The notes under the pieces were generated by a model. That model worked only from the letters and a program-made list of their open reading frames with translations. It searched no databases and had not been told where the DNA came from. 41,712 nt of DNA, from the NCBI GenBank assembly GCA_964447905.1, contig CAYUUK010000009.1, positions 1 through 41,712 on the forward strand. Reading direction: 5' to 3'. This document shows positions 10,159 to 20,470 of this stretch, piece by piece. The DNA is from an uncultured Pseudomonadales bacterium (GTDB lineage: Bacteria; Patescibacteriota; Microgenomatia; UBA1400; UBA1396). Positions within the stretch are counted from its first letter, which is position 1. Each line of letters opens with the position of its first letter. A program made the translations under genes and the position numbers.

Positions 10159-10857
10159 ATGAAAGAAAAGAATTGGTTTGATACTTCGGTTGGCGCGCTC
10201 GCTGCGCGAGCGCGCCACTCCCTCAACACCCCCACCTCCTGGCTCCTCATCACCGCACTGAGCCTCACTGTCTTCTTTGTATGGCTTTTTCTTTCCTTCG
10301 GTCCAATTCTCTGGATCGAAACACAGTACCAAGTTCGCCGTACTCTCAGTCCAATTTTCCACCACGACGGCTCCCTGCGCTCTCTCTTTATTCCTGATTT
10401 GAGCGTCGACCTCCGAGGGTATCAAGCCGAAAATACTGAAGACGGAATCGTCATTCCCAAAATCTTTATTGATGAGCCAATTGTCTACAACGTCGATCCA
10501 AACGATCCGGCCGTGTATCAGCCGGCCCTGCGCCAAGGTATTGCGCATGCCTCCAGCACCGCCTTTCCTGACTCAGGCGGACTCGGGTACTATTTTGCCC
10601 ACTCCGCTTCTCCAGAGTTTCGATCTCAGTACAACGCCATCTTCTATCTGTTGGGGAAACTCGAGCCGGGCGATGAAATTTTCATCTGGCACCAAGGCGA
10701 GCGATTTGAGTACCGCGTTTCTCACTCAGAAGTTACTACTCCAGAAGACACTTCATTTTTACATGCGGAGTATAAAACCGAGATGATTGTCTTGCAAACC
10801 TGCTGGCCACCCGGCTCTACGCTGCAACGAAGACTCGTTTTTGCGAAACGCGTGTAG
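10159..10857 (+). CDS. Sortase
   Basis: N-terminal TM; catalytic His (FAHS), Cys (LQTCWPPG) and Arg (QRRLV). Confidence 0.9.
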   Translation: MKEKNWFDTSVGALAARARHSLNTPTSWLLITALSLTVFFVWLFLSFGPILWIETQYQVRRTLSPIFHHDGSLRSLFIPDLSVDLRGYQAENTEDGIVIPKIFIDEPIVYNVDPNDPAVYQPALRQGIAHASSTAFPDSGGLGYYFAHSASPEFRSQYNAIFYLLGKLEPGDEIFIWHQGERFEYRVSHSEVTTPEDTSFLHAEYKTEMIVLQTCWPPGSTLQRRLVFAKRV

Positions 10858-10989
10858 TTTTTTCCGTAAAATAACCATACACCTCACAACTTTCTCGCCA
10901 GAAACAAGTGATAAAGTGTTAATAAACACTGATTATTCAATCTATTTTTACAACACCGAATATTAGCAGTTGATAAAATTAATTGCTAA

Positions 10990-11808
10990 TTATTTTAAAG
11001 AGAACGTCACGGTGACGGTTTTGCTTACTTCGGTACTTCCAGGCTCAACTGAAGCTTCCAGAGCACCACCTCGGCCATCCATGGCGTACATTGGGTAGAT
11101 TGGACCATAGCCACCGCTGCCTTCGACTACATTTTCAATAGCTCCCAGGCGGCGACCGCTGGATTCAGCAATTCTATTTGCCTTCTCACGCGCATTCTCG
11201 ATAGCTGCTTGCAAGAGAGTATCTTGGGCAATCTCTCTGTCATCGAGAGAAAATTGAGGTCCGTACACATTGGTAGCACCGGTACCAGCCAAAAGATCGG
11301 TCAATTCACCGGCTCGGTCTACATCACGAAGGATAATCTCGATGCTATTTGATGCTTGCCACACGGATTCAGATTCACTAGGGCCACCATCAACACTGGC
11401 TTCGGGCTGAACCGCAAGGCCTTGCGCCCGCATTGTCTCAAATACTGGTGGTTCCATTTCGTAGATACTCAAGTTTTGGGTTTGGATGTCTTCTTCAGCT
11501 ATACCGAAGTTCTTTACTTGCTCAATAATTGCGTTCATCTCAGAGTTGACAGCATCGACCGCTGTTTGCTTATCCGGATCAGTCTCGGAAACTCCCGCGG
11601 TAAAACGAGCAATTTGGTTTTGCTCTCGCAACTCAGCGTAGCCGGAAACGGTAATACTCGGAGCTTGTCGCACCGCTACTTCTCCCCAGCTAAAGCCACT
11701 GCGTACAAAAGTACCGAGTCCAAAGGCGGCAATAATCGCCATGCCGAGAATGGCCCAGACGAGCATTTGTTGGTTGAGGCGGGAAGTTTGGTTTTCCATA
11801 CTCTTCAT
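10990..11808 (-). CDS. SIMPL (DUF541) domain protein
   Basis: ITVSG...GIAEEDIQTQNLSI...AIENAREKA...V.PG...V.VTF; start uncertain (11808 or 11799). Confidence 0.88.
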   Translation of the reverse strand: MKSMENQTSRLNQQMLVWAILGMAIIAAFGLGTFVRSGFSWGEVAVRQAPSITVSGYAELREQNQIARFTAGVSETDPDKQTAVDAVNSEMNAIIEQVKNFGIAEEDIQTQNLSIYEMEPPVFETMRAQGLAVQPEASVDGGPSESESVWQASNSIEIILRDVDRAGELTDLLAGTGATNVYGPQFSLDDREIAQDTLLQAAIENAREKANRIAESSGRRLGAIENVVEGSGGYGPIYPMYAMDGRGGALEASVEPGSTEVSKTVTVTFSLK

Positions 11809-11898
11809 AGTAGCATTTTTGGGAATAATTCCCAAATACTTCTTCTGAGCGCCACATCACAAAGAAGACATGCGTACATGAAGAGTGGAGTTCGCTTT

Positions 11899-12528
11899 TT
11901 ACTTGTTAGGACCAGCGGCAATCTTTTCTAGCTCGGCTGTGAGAATGGACACGGCTACACTATTGAGACCACCTTCGGGAACAATAATATCGGCAAAGCG
12001 CTTTGACGGTTCAACGAACTGTTCGTGCATTGGCTTCGTAAAGGTCAAATACTGTTCAATGCCGAACTCAAAGGTACGACCACGCTCAGCTACATCCCGC
12101 AACAGGCGACGAGCGAAGCGGATATCGGCATCTGTGTCCACAAACACCTTCATATCGAGTTGATTTCTGAGCACCTCATTCTCAAATAATAGAATTCCTT
12201 CCACCACTATGATCGACTTGGGATAGACCATGACGGTCTCCTCCGCTCGAGTATGCTGCGAGAAGTCATACGTGGGACGAGCGATAGGCCGCTCTGCCCG
12301 CAACTCAGCCAAATGTTGAAGAAGCAGTGAGGTTTCGAGAGCGTTCGGATGATCGTAGTTCGTGCGCTGTCGATCGGCCATACTGAACGCTGACTGATCA
12401 CGATAGTAGGCATCATGAGAAATGTGTTCGACACTCTCTGGAGAAAGTGAGTGTAAGAGTTGTTGGGTTAAAGTTGACTTGCCTGATCCGCTCCCGCCGG
12501 CAATGCCTACAAAAAAAGGTTTTCCCAT
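11899..12528 (-). CDS. udk: Uridine kinase
   Basis: GIAGGSGSGKST, NYDHPNA, RRLLRDVAERGR and PSKRFADIIVP; likely start MGKPFF at 12528. Confidence 0.94.
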   Translation of the reverse strand: MGKPFFVGIAGGSGSGKSTLTQQLLHSLSPESVEHISHDAYYRDQSAFSMADRQRTNYDHPNALETSLLLQHLAELRAERPIARPTYDFSQHTRAEETVMVYPKSIIVVEGILLFENEVLRNQLDMKVFVDTDADIRFARRLLRDVAERGRTFEFGIEQYLTFTKPMHEQFVEPSKRFADIIVPEGGLNSVAVSILTAELEKIAAGPNK

Positions 12529-12575
12529 GTTGTACGGTAGTATATCGAAAAAAAATTCTGACTGCACCTAGTGGT

Positions 12576-13199
12576 TCAGGCAGCAGTAGATTGAGTGAAC
12601 TGTTGGTGTAGTCCGCGCAAAAGTGGTCGGTACTGCTGAGCATCTTCTTCAGTCTGGAGTTCGTGTAAAAGCGGAAGGAGTGAAAGAAACAGCTCGTCAC
12701 TTAGTGCAATAACCGTTGCGGTCACCTCGAACCAACCGCGAAACTTCCACTCGTAGACTTGCTCAGAGGTTTCAGTCATCTCACCGGTGCTGCTCCCTTC
12801 AGAAATAACAGGCTTGTAAACAAACTGCGAAACACTAAACTTTGCCGGTACGAATGCGATATCTTGGGCAAAGACAGCAGCGAGTAACGCCTGCACTCGT
12901 GGCCAGTGCGCGAGGGGCAAAAATACATCGATAATACTCTGAAGCTCTTCAGTTACCTCTCTCTGAAGGGCTGCTTCCAGAGTCTCACCTTCATCAACAG
13001 CTCCACCAAGTGAACCGTACTTGCAGGCATGCAGTTCACCCCAATCTTGCGGTGGGAAGTTCGGAGTACTTTCATGCAGTACCTCAAACTTTGCCACGTC
13101 CTCACAAGGAAGTGGCACAGCATAGAAACGACCATCGTACGAAAAAATTGCGGCTACACCTTGCTGAGTTGGCGCAAATTGCTCGACCCCATTTGACAT
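12576..13199 (-). CDS. Nudix hydrolase-like protein
   Basis: Nudix box GGAVDEGETLEAALQREVTEEL. Confidence 0.75.
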   Translation of the reverse strand: MSNGVEQFAPTQQGVAAIFSYDGRFYAVPLPCEDVAKFEVLHESTPNFPPQDWGELHACKYGSLGGAVDEGETLEAALQREVTEELQSIIDVFLPLAHWPRVQALLAAVFAQDIAFVPAKFSVSQFVYKPVISEGSSTGEMTETSEQVYEWKFRGWFEVTATVIALSDELFLSLLPLLHELQTEEDAQQYRPLLRGLHQQFTQSTAA

Positions 13200-13286
13200 A
13201 GATTGATAGTATACACCACCCTTGAAAATGGCCTACAAAACTGGAGTTCTGCTTGGGTGTTTTTTTAGAAAAACCTACGGTATCAT

Positions 13287-14408
13287 ATGCGAATGAGTAT
13301 TGTGATATCCCTGCTAGTTATTATTGTCATCTTCTACTTGATGAGTAAAGTCGTCGACGAACTTTTTGTCCCTTCGCTTGACATCTTTGCTGGCTGGCTC
13401 AAGCTGAGCCCGAGTGTCTCTGGAGCTACGCTCATGGCAGCTGGTACCAGTGCGCCAGAGCTCAGTACCACTATGTTTGCGCTCTTTCTCACTGGAGCCA
13501 ATCCAGCCACTGGTGTTGGTACAGTGGTAGGTTCGGCGATCTTCCAGATTTTGGTGGTGATTGGATTTGCCGCTGTAGTGAAAACCTCGTACCTCAACTG
13601 GAAACCGGTAATTCGTGACGGTGTTTTTTACGCAATCAGCGTCATGCTTCTACTCTGGATGGTCCGCGACAATACCATAACGCTCTTTGAATCTGCCACT
13701 TTGGTTGTGGGATACCTCGGGTATTTAGGCTTCTTATGGTGGTGGTCACGTACGGTTGATGAATCAAAAGAACCGGACCCGATCGAACTTATGGAAGAAG
13801 GTATCGAAAAAGCAGAAAAAATTGCGGAACAAAATAAGAAAAAGAAAATAGCTCAACCACTCTGGAAAAAAATCTTTACCACACTCACTTGGCCGATTGA
13901 CGCCATTATTGACAGAGTACCGAATCCGGAAAAAGTTCCTGCAGCCACACTACCCATCTTCTTTACTTCCCTGGCAGTTATTGCTGCTTCTAGCTACTTT
14001 TTGGTTATCCATGCCGAAAGCCTAGCGCTCGCTGCTGGTATCCCAACAGCGATTATTGCACTGACAATCTTAGCTGGTGGGAGCTCTATTCCGGAAATGG
14101 TGGGTTCGGCTATCGTTTCTAGACAGGGTCGTGGGGACATGGCAATTAGTAATGCCATCGGGAGCAATATTTTTGATATTCAAATCAGCTTGGGATTGCC
14201 TCTCCTGCTCTTTACTCTGCAACGAGGTACGCTGACCAATATTGGCGGTGAAAACATTACCAGTTCTGTATTCCTGCTGTTTGTAACGCTTATTGCCGTT
14301 ATGCTGCTTTTAGTAGGACAGAAATTTAAGGCCACTCGACCGTTTGGTTTGTTCCTGATTGCGCTGTACTGTATCTATGTAGCGGCGGCGTACCTTGGCC
14401 TGCTGTAG
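13287..14408 (+). CDS. Ca2+/Na+ antiporter (CaCA family)
   Basis: Alpha repeats GTSAPEL...VVGSAIF and GSSIPE...AIGSNIFD. Confidence 0.92.
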   Translation: MRMSIVISLLVIIVIFYLMSKVVDELFVPSLDIFAGWLKLSPSVSGATLMAAGTSAPELSTTMFALFLTGANPATGVGTVVGSAIFQILVVIGFAAVVKTSYLNWKPVIRDGVFYAISVMLLLWMVRDNTITLFESATLVVGYLGYLGFLWWWSRTVDESKEPDPIELMEEGIEKAEKIAEQNKKKKIAQPLWKKIFTTLTWPIDAIIDRVPNPEKVPAATLPIFFTSLAVIAASSYFLVIHAESLALAAGIPTAIIALTILAGGSSIPEMVGSAIVSRQGRGDMAISNAIGSNIFDIQISLGLPLLLFTLQRGTLTNIGGENITSSVFLLFVTLIAVMLLLVGQKFKATRPFGLFLIALYCIYVAAAYLGLL

Positions 14409-14451
14409 AGTACATACAGTAAAAAAGTTTTCTACTGCTTGATCTCTGAAA

Positions 14452-16185
14452 TTATTCGTCGAGCGTTTGCAACTGCCAGTAGTGGGCATACAGTCCGCCA
14501 AGCTTGAGGAGATCTCGGTGGGAACCTTGCTCAGCAATTTTTCCATTATCGAGAACAATAATACGATCGGCTCGAACCACCGTCGACAAACGATGGGCAA
14601 TAACAATCGTGGTTTTGTTTTCCGTAGCCGCCCAGAAAGCCTCTTGAATCTTCTGCTCAGACTCACTGTCCAGCTGGGAGGTAGCTTCATCAAAAATAAC
14701 TACTTCAGGATCGGAGAGCAGCATACGAGCAATGGCCAGACGCTGCTTTTGACCACCAGAAAGTTTCACTCCTCGCTCACCTACTTGTGTTTCGAGACCA
14801 TCAGGAAGATCAGCGATGACTTCTTCGAGTCGAGCCATTTTGATCACCTTTTGGAGTTCTTTCTCAGTGACGTTCTCGGCGGCGTAGGTTATGTTAAACC
14901 GCATGGTATTGTTAAAGAGAATCGGTTCTTGCGGCACGACACCGAAAAGTGAACGCAAATCACTTTTTTGAAAATCACGAATATCAATGTCATTGATACG
15001 AATACTTCCAGAATCGACGTCGAAAAAACGCAGTAACAGTTTCACAAAACTTGATTTCCCCGCGCCAGATTTTCCAACAAGCGCAATCGACTCACCCCGA
15101 GGGATGGAAAGATCAACTCCTTGCAGAGCAGCACTTCCCTGATGATAGGTAAAGTGGACGTCTTGGAAAGCAATACTCTCCACTTGCTGCGGCGCTGGTT
15201 GTGCTGTTTCTGGATCAATCACTTTGACAGGTTCGTGCAGGGCAGCGAAATACTTTTCTAGATCTACCTGGAACTTGGCCAAATCGCGCAACGCAAAAAT
15301 GATTTCAAAAAACTGCACATAAAACGAACTAATAAACCCAATAATCATGACAATATCTCCCAAACTGATACTGCCCTTTTGGAATAAAACAACGCTATAA
15401 ATAAGTACTAATCCAAACCCAATATTTCCGAGTGATCCCGCCACGAACTCTATCAGGCGGAAGGTGTTGGCATAGCGCCAGACTCGCTGCAGCCAGTCTA
15501 CAAAGTCTTCTTTGAGGCGAGTCATTTCTGCTTGCTCACGAGCAAAGAGCTTCACGGTTTCATAATTCAACATGTTGTCCACGATAATGCCAAAGTTACG
15601 ATCCTCGGCATCGTTAAACTTGCGTCGAGCAGAAATATTCATGCGAATAAGGAACACAGCACCAAAAGTATTTACCGCAAATGTCGTCACCATCATGAAC
15701 ATGAGAATTGGTTGTAGAGTAAAAAGAAATGCAGAAATAACAATCAGTTCAACCGTTATACGCAGTAAGCGGAACTGCAAAATCATAAAAAGATGGAACA
15801 ACGCCGTATCGCCACGCTTAAACGCACTAATGAGCGACCCGGTGCTCTTGGAAAGATGATACGCAAAATCCAGCTGTTGTACTTTTTCAAACACCGCTAC
15901 CCGCACGTCACGCGCGAGTGGCAAAAGCACTGTATCACCAAAGAAGCGAGCAGAGATATCCAGCACCATCGAAATAAGACGGAAACCTAGGTAAAACAAA
16001 ACAATCGGTATCAACACCGATAAAGACTGTTCACCACTCTTAATGGTGTCAACTAATAACTTGTAAAAGTACGGTAAAACACTTTCGCTCGCAAAAGCGC
16101 CAGTAAGCAAAAGTGCAAACACTGCAAAGTTCCATTTGTAGTGGCGAAAAATAAAGCCGTAGTACGTTTTAAGAATAGAAAACAT
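14452..16185 (-). CDS. ABC exporter, fused permease/ATPase (ABCB/Atm1-like)
   Basis: TMD; DNMLNYETVKLF; GKSGAGKS, LSGGQKQR, DEATSQLD and AHRLST. Confidence 0.93.
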   Translation of the reverse strand: MFSILKTYYGFIFRHYKWNFAVFALLLTGAFASESVLPYFYKLLVDTIKSGEQSLSVLIPIVLFYLGFRLISMVLDISARFFGDTVLLPLARDVRVAVFEKVQQLDFAYHLSKSTGSLISAFKRGDTALFHLFMILQFRLLRITVELIVISAFLFTLQPILMFMMVTTFAVNTFGAVFLIRMNISARRKFNDAEDRNFGIIVDNMLNYETVKLFAREQAEMTRLKEDFVDWLQRVWRYANTFRLIEFVAGSLGNIGFGLVLIYSVVLFQKGSISLGDIVMIIGFISSFYVQFFEIIFALRDLAKFQVDLEKYFAALHEPVKVIDPETAQPAPQQVESIAFQDVHFTYHQGSAALQGVDLSIPRGESIALVGKSGAGKSSFVKLLLRFFDVDSGSIRINDIDIRDFQKSDLRSLFGVVPQEPILFNNTMRFNITYAAENVTEKELQKVIKMARLEEVIADLPDGLETQVGERGVKLSGGQKQRLAIARMLLSDPEVVIFDEATSQLDSESEQKIQEAFWAATENKTTIVIAHRLSTVVRADRIIVLDNGKIAEQGSHRDLLKLGGLYAHYWQLQTLDE

Positions 16186-16241
16186 GAAGAAATTATTATA
16201 GGGATTTCCTCAGAGAAAAGCAATTTTAAAAAATCTTTGCT

Positions 16242-17252
16242 TTATACTTCGAAACCAGCTAAAAATGCCACGACGTTTCGCCCGAGCTGTAAAGTATTGT
16301 ACCCACCCTCTTGCAAGATAACTGTTGGAAGCTGAAGAGCTGCGATACTTTGCGCCATTTGCGTAAAGTACTCTGTGGTAAGTGCAAAACCACCGATGGG
16401 ATCACTCTCGTGCGTATCGGCGCCAAAACTCACTACCAACGCGTCAGCACCATGAGCCTGCACTCTCTCTAAGGCCTGCTCAAGAACGTGCTGGTACTGC
16501 GCGTTGGTAGTTCCTAAAGGAAGTGGGTAGTTCACATTGCTGGCATACAGATCGGTCTCAAACCCAGAGAAAAATGGAAACCGCACCGCAGGGTCAGCAT
16601 GGAGTGAAATTGTCAGAACGCTTTCCTCTTCGGCAAATATTTTTTCGGCACCGTTTCCATGGTGGAAATCTACGTCAAGGATAGCGACGCGAGCATTGCG
16701 GTTATTTTCTGTGAAGGTTTGGGCAGCCACAGCGGCATTATTGAAGTAGCAATACCCTCCCATGCGAGCTGGTTCAGCATGATGTCCTGGTGGACGACAG
16801 AGGGCATACTGAACCTGATTTGTACGAAGCGCTGTTTGTGTGGCGTGGCGGGCTAGCGCCGCGGACTCGAGTGCTGTTTGGTAGGTGGTGCGATTGAGCG
16901 GAGTATAGAGGTCAAAGCTGTAGAAGCCGCGGCGCGCATTGGCGTTTTCTGGCTCGGGTAGCTCCGAACGATAGGAAAACACGCTTGGGTAGACATACTC
17001 ATCACTCAAGCTTGCAGTAGACTGAAGGAAATCAACATATGCGCCTTCGTGCACACTTCTGAGAACATCAATTAAACCACTTTCTTCTGTAAAAGTGCCC
17101 TGCAAATCATGAATCGTATGCTCAGTTCCTTGGAGAGCCTCAAGTATTCGTTCAACACGAGCCGGGACCTCTTGATGTGGGGTCCTGTCACCATTGAATA
17201 TTTCATGCGGGGGTTGGTGTTGCTGTTGAGTAGTAGTATGAAAAATGTTCAT
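16242..17252 (-). CDS. HDAC-family deacetylase (acetylpolyamine amidohydrolase-like)
   Basis: RPPGHHA, GGYCYFNNAA, LDVDFHHGNG, GADTHESDP and QEGGY. Confidence 0.9.
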   Translation of the reverse strand: MNIFHTTTQQQHQPPHEIFNGDRTPHQEVPARVERILEALQGTEHTIHDLQGTFTEESGLIDVLRSVHEGAYVDFLQSTASLSDEYVYPSVFSYRSELPEPENANARRGFYSFDLYTPLNRTTYQTALESAALARHATQTALRTNQVQYALCRPPGHHAEPARMGGYCYFNNAAVAAQTFTENNRNARVAILDVDFHHGNGAEKIFAEEESVLTISLHADPAVRFPFFSGFETDLYASNVNYPLPLGTTNAQYQHVLEQALERVQAHGADALVVSFGADTHESDPIGGFALTTEYFTQMAQSIAALQLPTVILQEGGYNTLQLGRNVVAFLAGFEV

Positions 17253-17273
17253 AGATTCCTTTTTCTTGTAGTG

Positions 17274-18170
17274 TTATCGAACACTCCGTCCGCCTTCATA
17301 CATAACGAGGAAGTTGTGCAACCAACGGGTATTCCAAGTTAATGCGTTCTCATTTCCAGGTCCGGTTTCGATCTCCACATGATCTCGTAATACACCATGT
17401 ACTTGAGCTGTTTGCGCTGGTAGCTGATGAGCACGAGCGGCAGCACGGAAAGACTGTGTGGTGAGGTTATACTCTCCAGACCGCAAAGCATCATACCCAT
17501 AGAACTGAGCACTCAATTGAGAAAGTTCTCGAATGAGAATACTCGCTAAACCATGACCACGATAAGTAGGATCAACTGCCAACTCGGTTAACTCCACAAG
17601 AACTTGACTCCCAAAAGTCTGTGCCTCAGAGATCATGGCTCCAACTGCGCGCTCCTCTACATTTCGAATCACAACAATTGGATGTACATTTTGTGACACA
17701 AAAGCTTGTACTCCTTCACGGGTCCAGCCAAATTGACTCCAGAGACGTAACAAATCCTCAGTGTCCTGAAGTCTGGCACCAGTATCTACACTGAGTCCAC
17801 TTGGTAGACTCGTCGGCTCGGGTCTTGGCAAGTTGCGTACTTCTCTCCAGCCAGCTACTTGTTGATGCCGGTTTTCTCCAAGCCAAATTAAAGCTTGTTG
17901 GCCCAGTGGAATAGCTGCTTCTATGGGCAGGTCACGTAAAGCGTTATTGTCCAGAAGCGCTGTGTCGATATAGCAGCGCAGTGCTGCGCGCCGTCTACCG
18001 GCGGCGCGCGACTCCGCCACAAATCCATGCCAAGCCAAGCGTAAATCATTTCCGTTGGAGTAGACTTCTTGGTCACTCCAATAGCTCCGCTCGGCTGAAG
18101 CAGCGTGGTTTACTACTACGCCTTGGAGACTGGTGACTATTCCATTTTCTGGTGATGAACTGTTCTGCAT
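17274..18170 (-). CDS. GNAT-family acetyltransferase
   Basis: ELTELAVDPTYRGHGLA acetyl-CoA-binding motif A in the C-terminal half. Confidence 0.75.
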   Translation of the reverse strand: MQNSSSPENGIVTSLQGVVVNHAASAERSYWSDQEVYSNGNDLRLAWHGFVAESRAAGRRRAALRCYIDTALLDNNALRDLPIEAAIPLGQQALIWLGENRHQQVAGWREVRNLPRPEPTSLPSGLSVDTGARLQDTEDLLRLWSQFGWTREGVQAFVSQNVHPIVVIRNVEERAVGAMISEAQTFGSQVLVELTELAVDPTYRGHGLASILIRELSQLSAQFYGYDALRSGEYNLTTQSFRAAARAHQLPAQTAQVHGVLRDHVEIETGPGNENALTWNTRWLHNFLVMYEGGRSVR

Positions 18171-18240
18171 AGTGAAAAGGATTATTGTCGAACCAGCCGC
18201 TTTTGTACAATTTTCCTGCTAATGTTACAATTGAGTATAA

Positions 18241-18260
18241 TTTGTTATATATATAACAAA
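18241..18260. promoter_or_regulatory. Perfect 20-bp palindrome in a divergent promoter region (candidate operator)
   Basis: TTTGTTATATATATAACAAA, next to overlapping -10-like hexamers (TATAAT on +, TATACT on -). Confidence 0.5.
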
Positions 18261-18290
18261 CAGCAAACATCAAACAAACGGTAAAAAAGA

Positions 18291-18935
18291 ATGAGAACAA
18301 TCATCGACACCACTCGCCAAATTGTATTGGCTGATGACGTAGCGCAACAAGCGCTTGCAGAAAATATACTTAACCTCAGTGCCTATGCTGAAAAAATTCA
18401 ACCAAAAATTGAAGCGATAACCTACAAAAGTGTTAAAAAAGGCAGTATTGTGGTCGCGCTTACGCGATTAGCAGAAGAAGTACGCCACCTCGAAAATCTT
18501 CGTCCAAACGTAATAATCGAAAGTCTGCATATACAATCAACGCTTTGTAGCATCACCTTTGAAAAAACAACGAGCACACGCCAACAACTCTCAACACTTC
18601 ATAACACACTGAAACTGAGTGAGAGCGCTTTCTTCACCTCAACACAGAGTACCAGCGAGATCACACTCATTGCACCTCAATCAGCACTACCAACAATACT
18701 AGAGCATTTCTCACCACCACCCAAGGCCCTTTACCAAAACCAGGTTGGCCTCTCGGTCACATTTGCGCAAAAATACCTTGAGATACCGAATGTGCTTTAT
18801 GCCCTGCAAGCTGCTCTTGCTGTACAGCGAGTAAATTTTACTGAAGTAGTATCGACATATACGGAGTTTTGCTTTGTGGTTGATGAAGGTTCACTGGATG
18901 TGGCAACACGAGTTCTTCGCCAATTTATGCAGTAG
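18291..18935 (+). CDS. ACT-like domain protein, possible amino-acid-sensing regulator
   Basis: Helical N-terminus (LNLSAYA...SIVVALTRL); ACT-like repeats (QSTSEITLI; VNFTEVVSTYTEFCFVV); no kinase motifs seen. Confidence 0.65.
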   Translation: MRTIIDTTRQIVLADDVAQQALAENILNLSAYAEKIQPKIEAITYKSVKKGSIVVALTRLAEEVRHLENLRPNVIIESLHIQSTLCSITFEKTTSTRQQLSTLHNTLKLSESAFFTSTQSTSEITLIAPQSALPTILEHFSPPPKALYQNQVGLSVTFAQKYLEIPNVLYALQAALAVQRVNFTEVVSTYTEFCFVVDEGSLDVATRVLRQFMQ

Positions 18936-19553
18936 CTTTTCCATATCTTCATCACTCGTGATGTGCAGCACCTGATACCCCAACTCCTGAGCTGGAACAA
19001 TGTCTGTCTCCAACTGATCTCCTACGGAAATCATCGTATTTGGTATTCTCTTATGCGCTAACTTCTCAAAAATCTCCCGTTTACTTCCAGTTGGGAATGA
19101 CTCTGCTGTAAACACCTGAGAAAAGTACGAATCAAGTTCCAAAAAAGTAAATACGACCCTTTGCCAAGCTTTTGGTGCGGAAGTGACCAGGACAAGTTCA
19201 CAGCCACTTTCATGAACTTGACTGACTATTTGAAGGGCTCTTTCATATTTTTGCACTATATTTGTGGGGTCAATATTCCAAACGCGCTCAAAATAATTGG
19301 CACGAGTGATGTTATAGCGATCTGCTAAGAACTGACTCGTAGTGCGATAGCCGTTTTTTTCTGACTTCGTAGCAAGCTGGAAAACTCGCTCAACCTCTTT
19401 TGCATCGCAAGATTCACTTTCTTGAATGAAGGCATACGCATTCTGTTTTACCTGTGCTTCCAGCGTCGAACCAACATAGCCATTTCTACTGCCATCGATT
19501 TGGTAGAGTGTGCCATCCATATCAAAAACGACCGTAGAAATATCACCGCTCAT
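18891..19553 (-). CDS. HAD-family hydrolase
   Basis: FDMDGTLY, VTSA, K and SVGDQLETD motifs I-IV. Confidence 0.9.
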   Translation of the reverse strand: MSGDISTVVFDMDGTLYQIDGSRNGYVGSTLEAQVKQNAYAFIQESESCDAKEVERVFQLATKSEKNGYRTTSQFLADRYNITRANYFERVWNIDPTNIVQKYERALQIVSQVHESGCELVLVTSAPKAWQRVVFTFLELDSYFSQVFTAESFPTGSKREIFEKLAHKRIPNTMISVGDQLETDIVPAQELGYQVLHITSDEDMEKLLHKLAKNSCCHIQ

Positions 19554-20470
19554 TCTTGCTCCTCTTGTGAATTCATCACTGAGAGAAAAAGCGTTTCTAA
19601 TTCTTTTGCTTGCACAGCAGTAAGTACAGTACAGTTTAGTTTTCCCTCTACCACCTTCGTTTCACCGTATCTTTCCTTATCGCTGTACTCAACAACAACG
19701 CGCGCTGCTTCACTCTTAAAAAGATCCGGCTCTACCTCTAGGGCAACAGCTAACAGGTCATACATAACACCGCCATTAAAACCACCATACTCTGCGTCCT
19801 TAGAGTAGTAGTCGACATACATTTTGGTAATCTTGGTGAAACCTTCCGCTAAAGTACTGTTCGTGACACTTTGGAAAAATGATTCATCAAAGGTAACTTT
19901 GCGACAAACATTGGCTGGAACAATCGTAATATTTTCGTGTCCAAGTGACAAAACGGTGTGAAGAGCAAACGGATCATTGTATATATTAAACTCCGCATAT
20001 GCAGATACATTCCCTTTTTCACCAAATACTCCACCCATAAGAATAATTTTTGCCGCTTTTTTCAGTAAATCTGGTCTAGAGAGGGCTACTTTTGCGAGGT
20101 TCGTTACCGGGCCAATAGCGATTATAGTTATTGGTTCATCATCAGCTTTTTGTAGCATTTCGATCAAAAACGACTCGGCTGACTGTCCTTCCGCCCGCAA
20201 TTGTGTCTCTAAAAAATACCCACCAAAACCACCTGTACCGTGAGAATGTGCTAAACGCTTTTCTCCTTGAAGAGGATCAGCAGCACCAGGAAACACGGGA
20301 ATAGATCGTTGCACAAGTTCTAACAACATTAATGCATTCCGTGTTGTGTCCTCCAGATGAGAATTTCCATAGACGGTACAAATTCCAGCAATATCCATAC
20401 CAGCCTTGCAGGCAAATGCCAAAGCAATGGCGTCATCTACTCCGGGGTCGGTATCGAGGATGTATTTCAT
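19550..20470 (-). CDS. Nucleoside hydrolase (IU-NH family)
   Basis: DTDPGVDDA, IGPVTN, MGG and AEFNIYNDP; 4-nt overlaps with both neighbours. Confidence 0.92.
   Translation of the reverse strand: MKYILDTDPGVDDAIALAFACKAGMDIAGICTVYGNSHLEDTTRNALMLLELVQRSIPVFPGAADPLQGEKRLAHSHGTGGFGGYFLETQLRAEGQSAESFLIEMLQKADDEPITIIAIGPVTNLAKVALSRPDLLKKAAKIILMGGVFGEKGNVSAYAEFNIYNDPFALHTVLSLGHENITIVPANVCRKVTFDESFFQSVTNSTLAEGFTKITKMYVDYYSKDAEYGGFNGGVMYDLLAVALEVEPDLFKSEAARVVVEYSDKERYGETKVVEGKLNCTVLTAVQAKELETLFLSVMNSQEEQE

Noticed and set aside
18291-18935. Aspartate kinase
   Set aside because: Only ACT-like repeats; no amino-acid kinase domain motifs.
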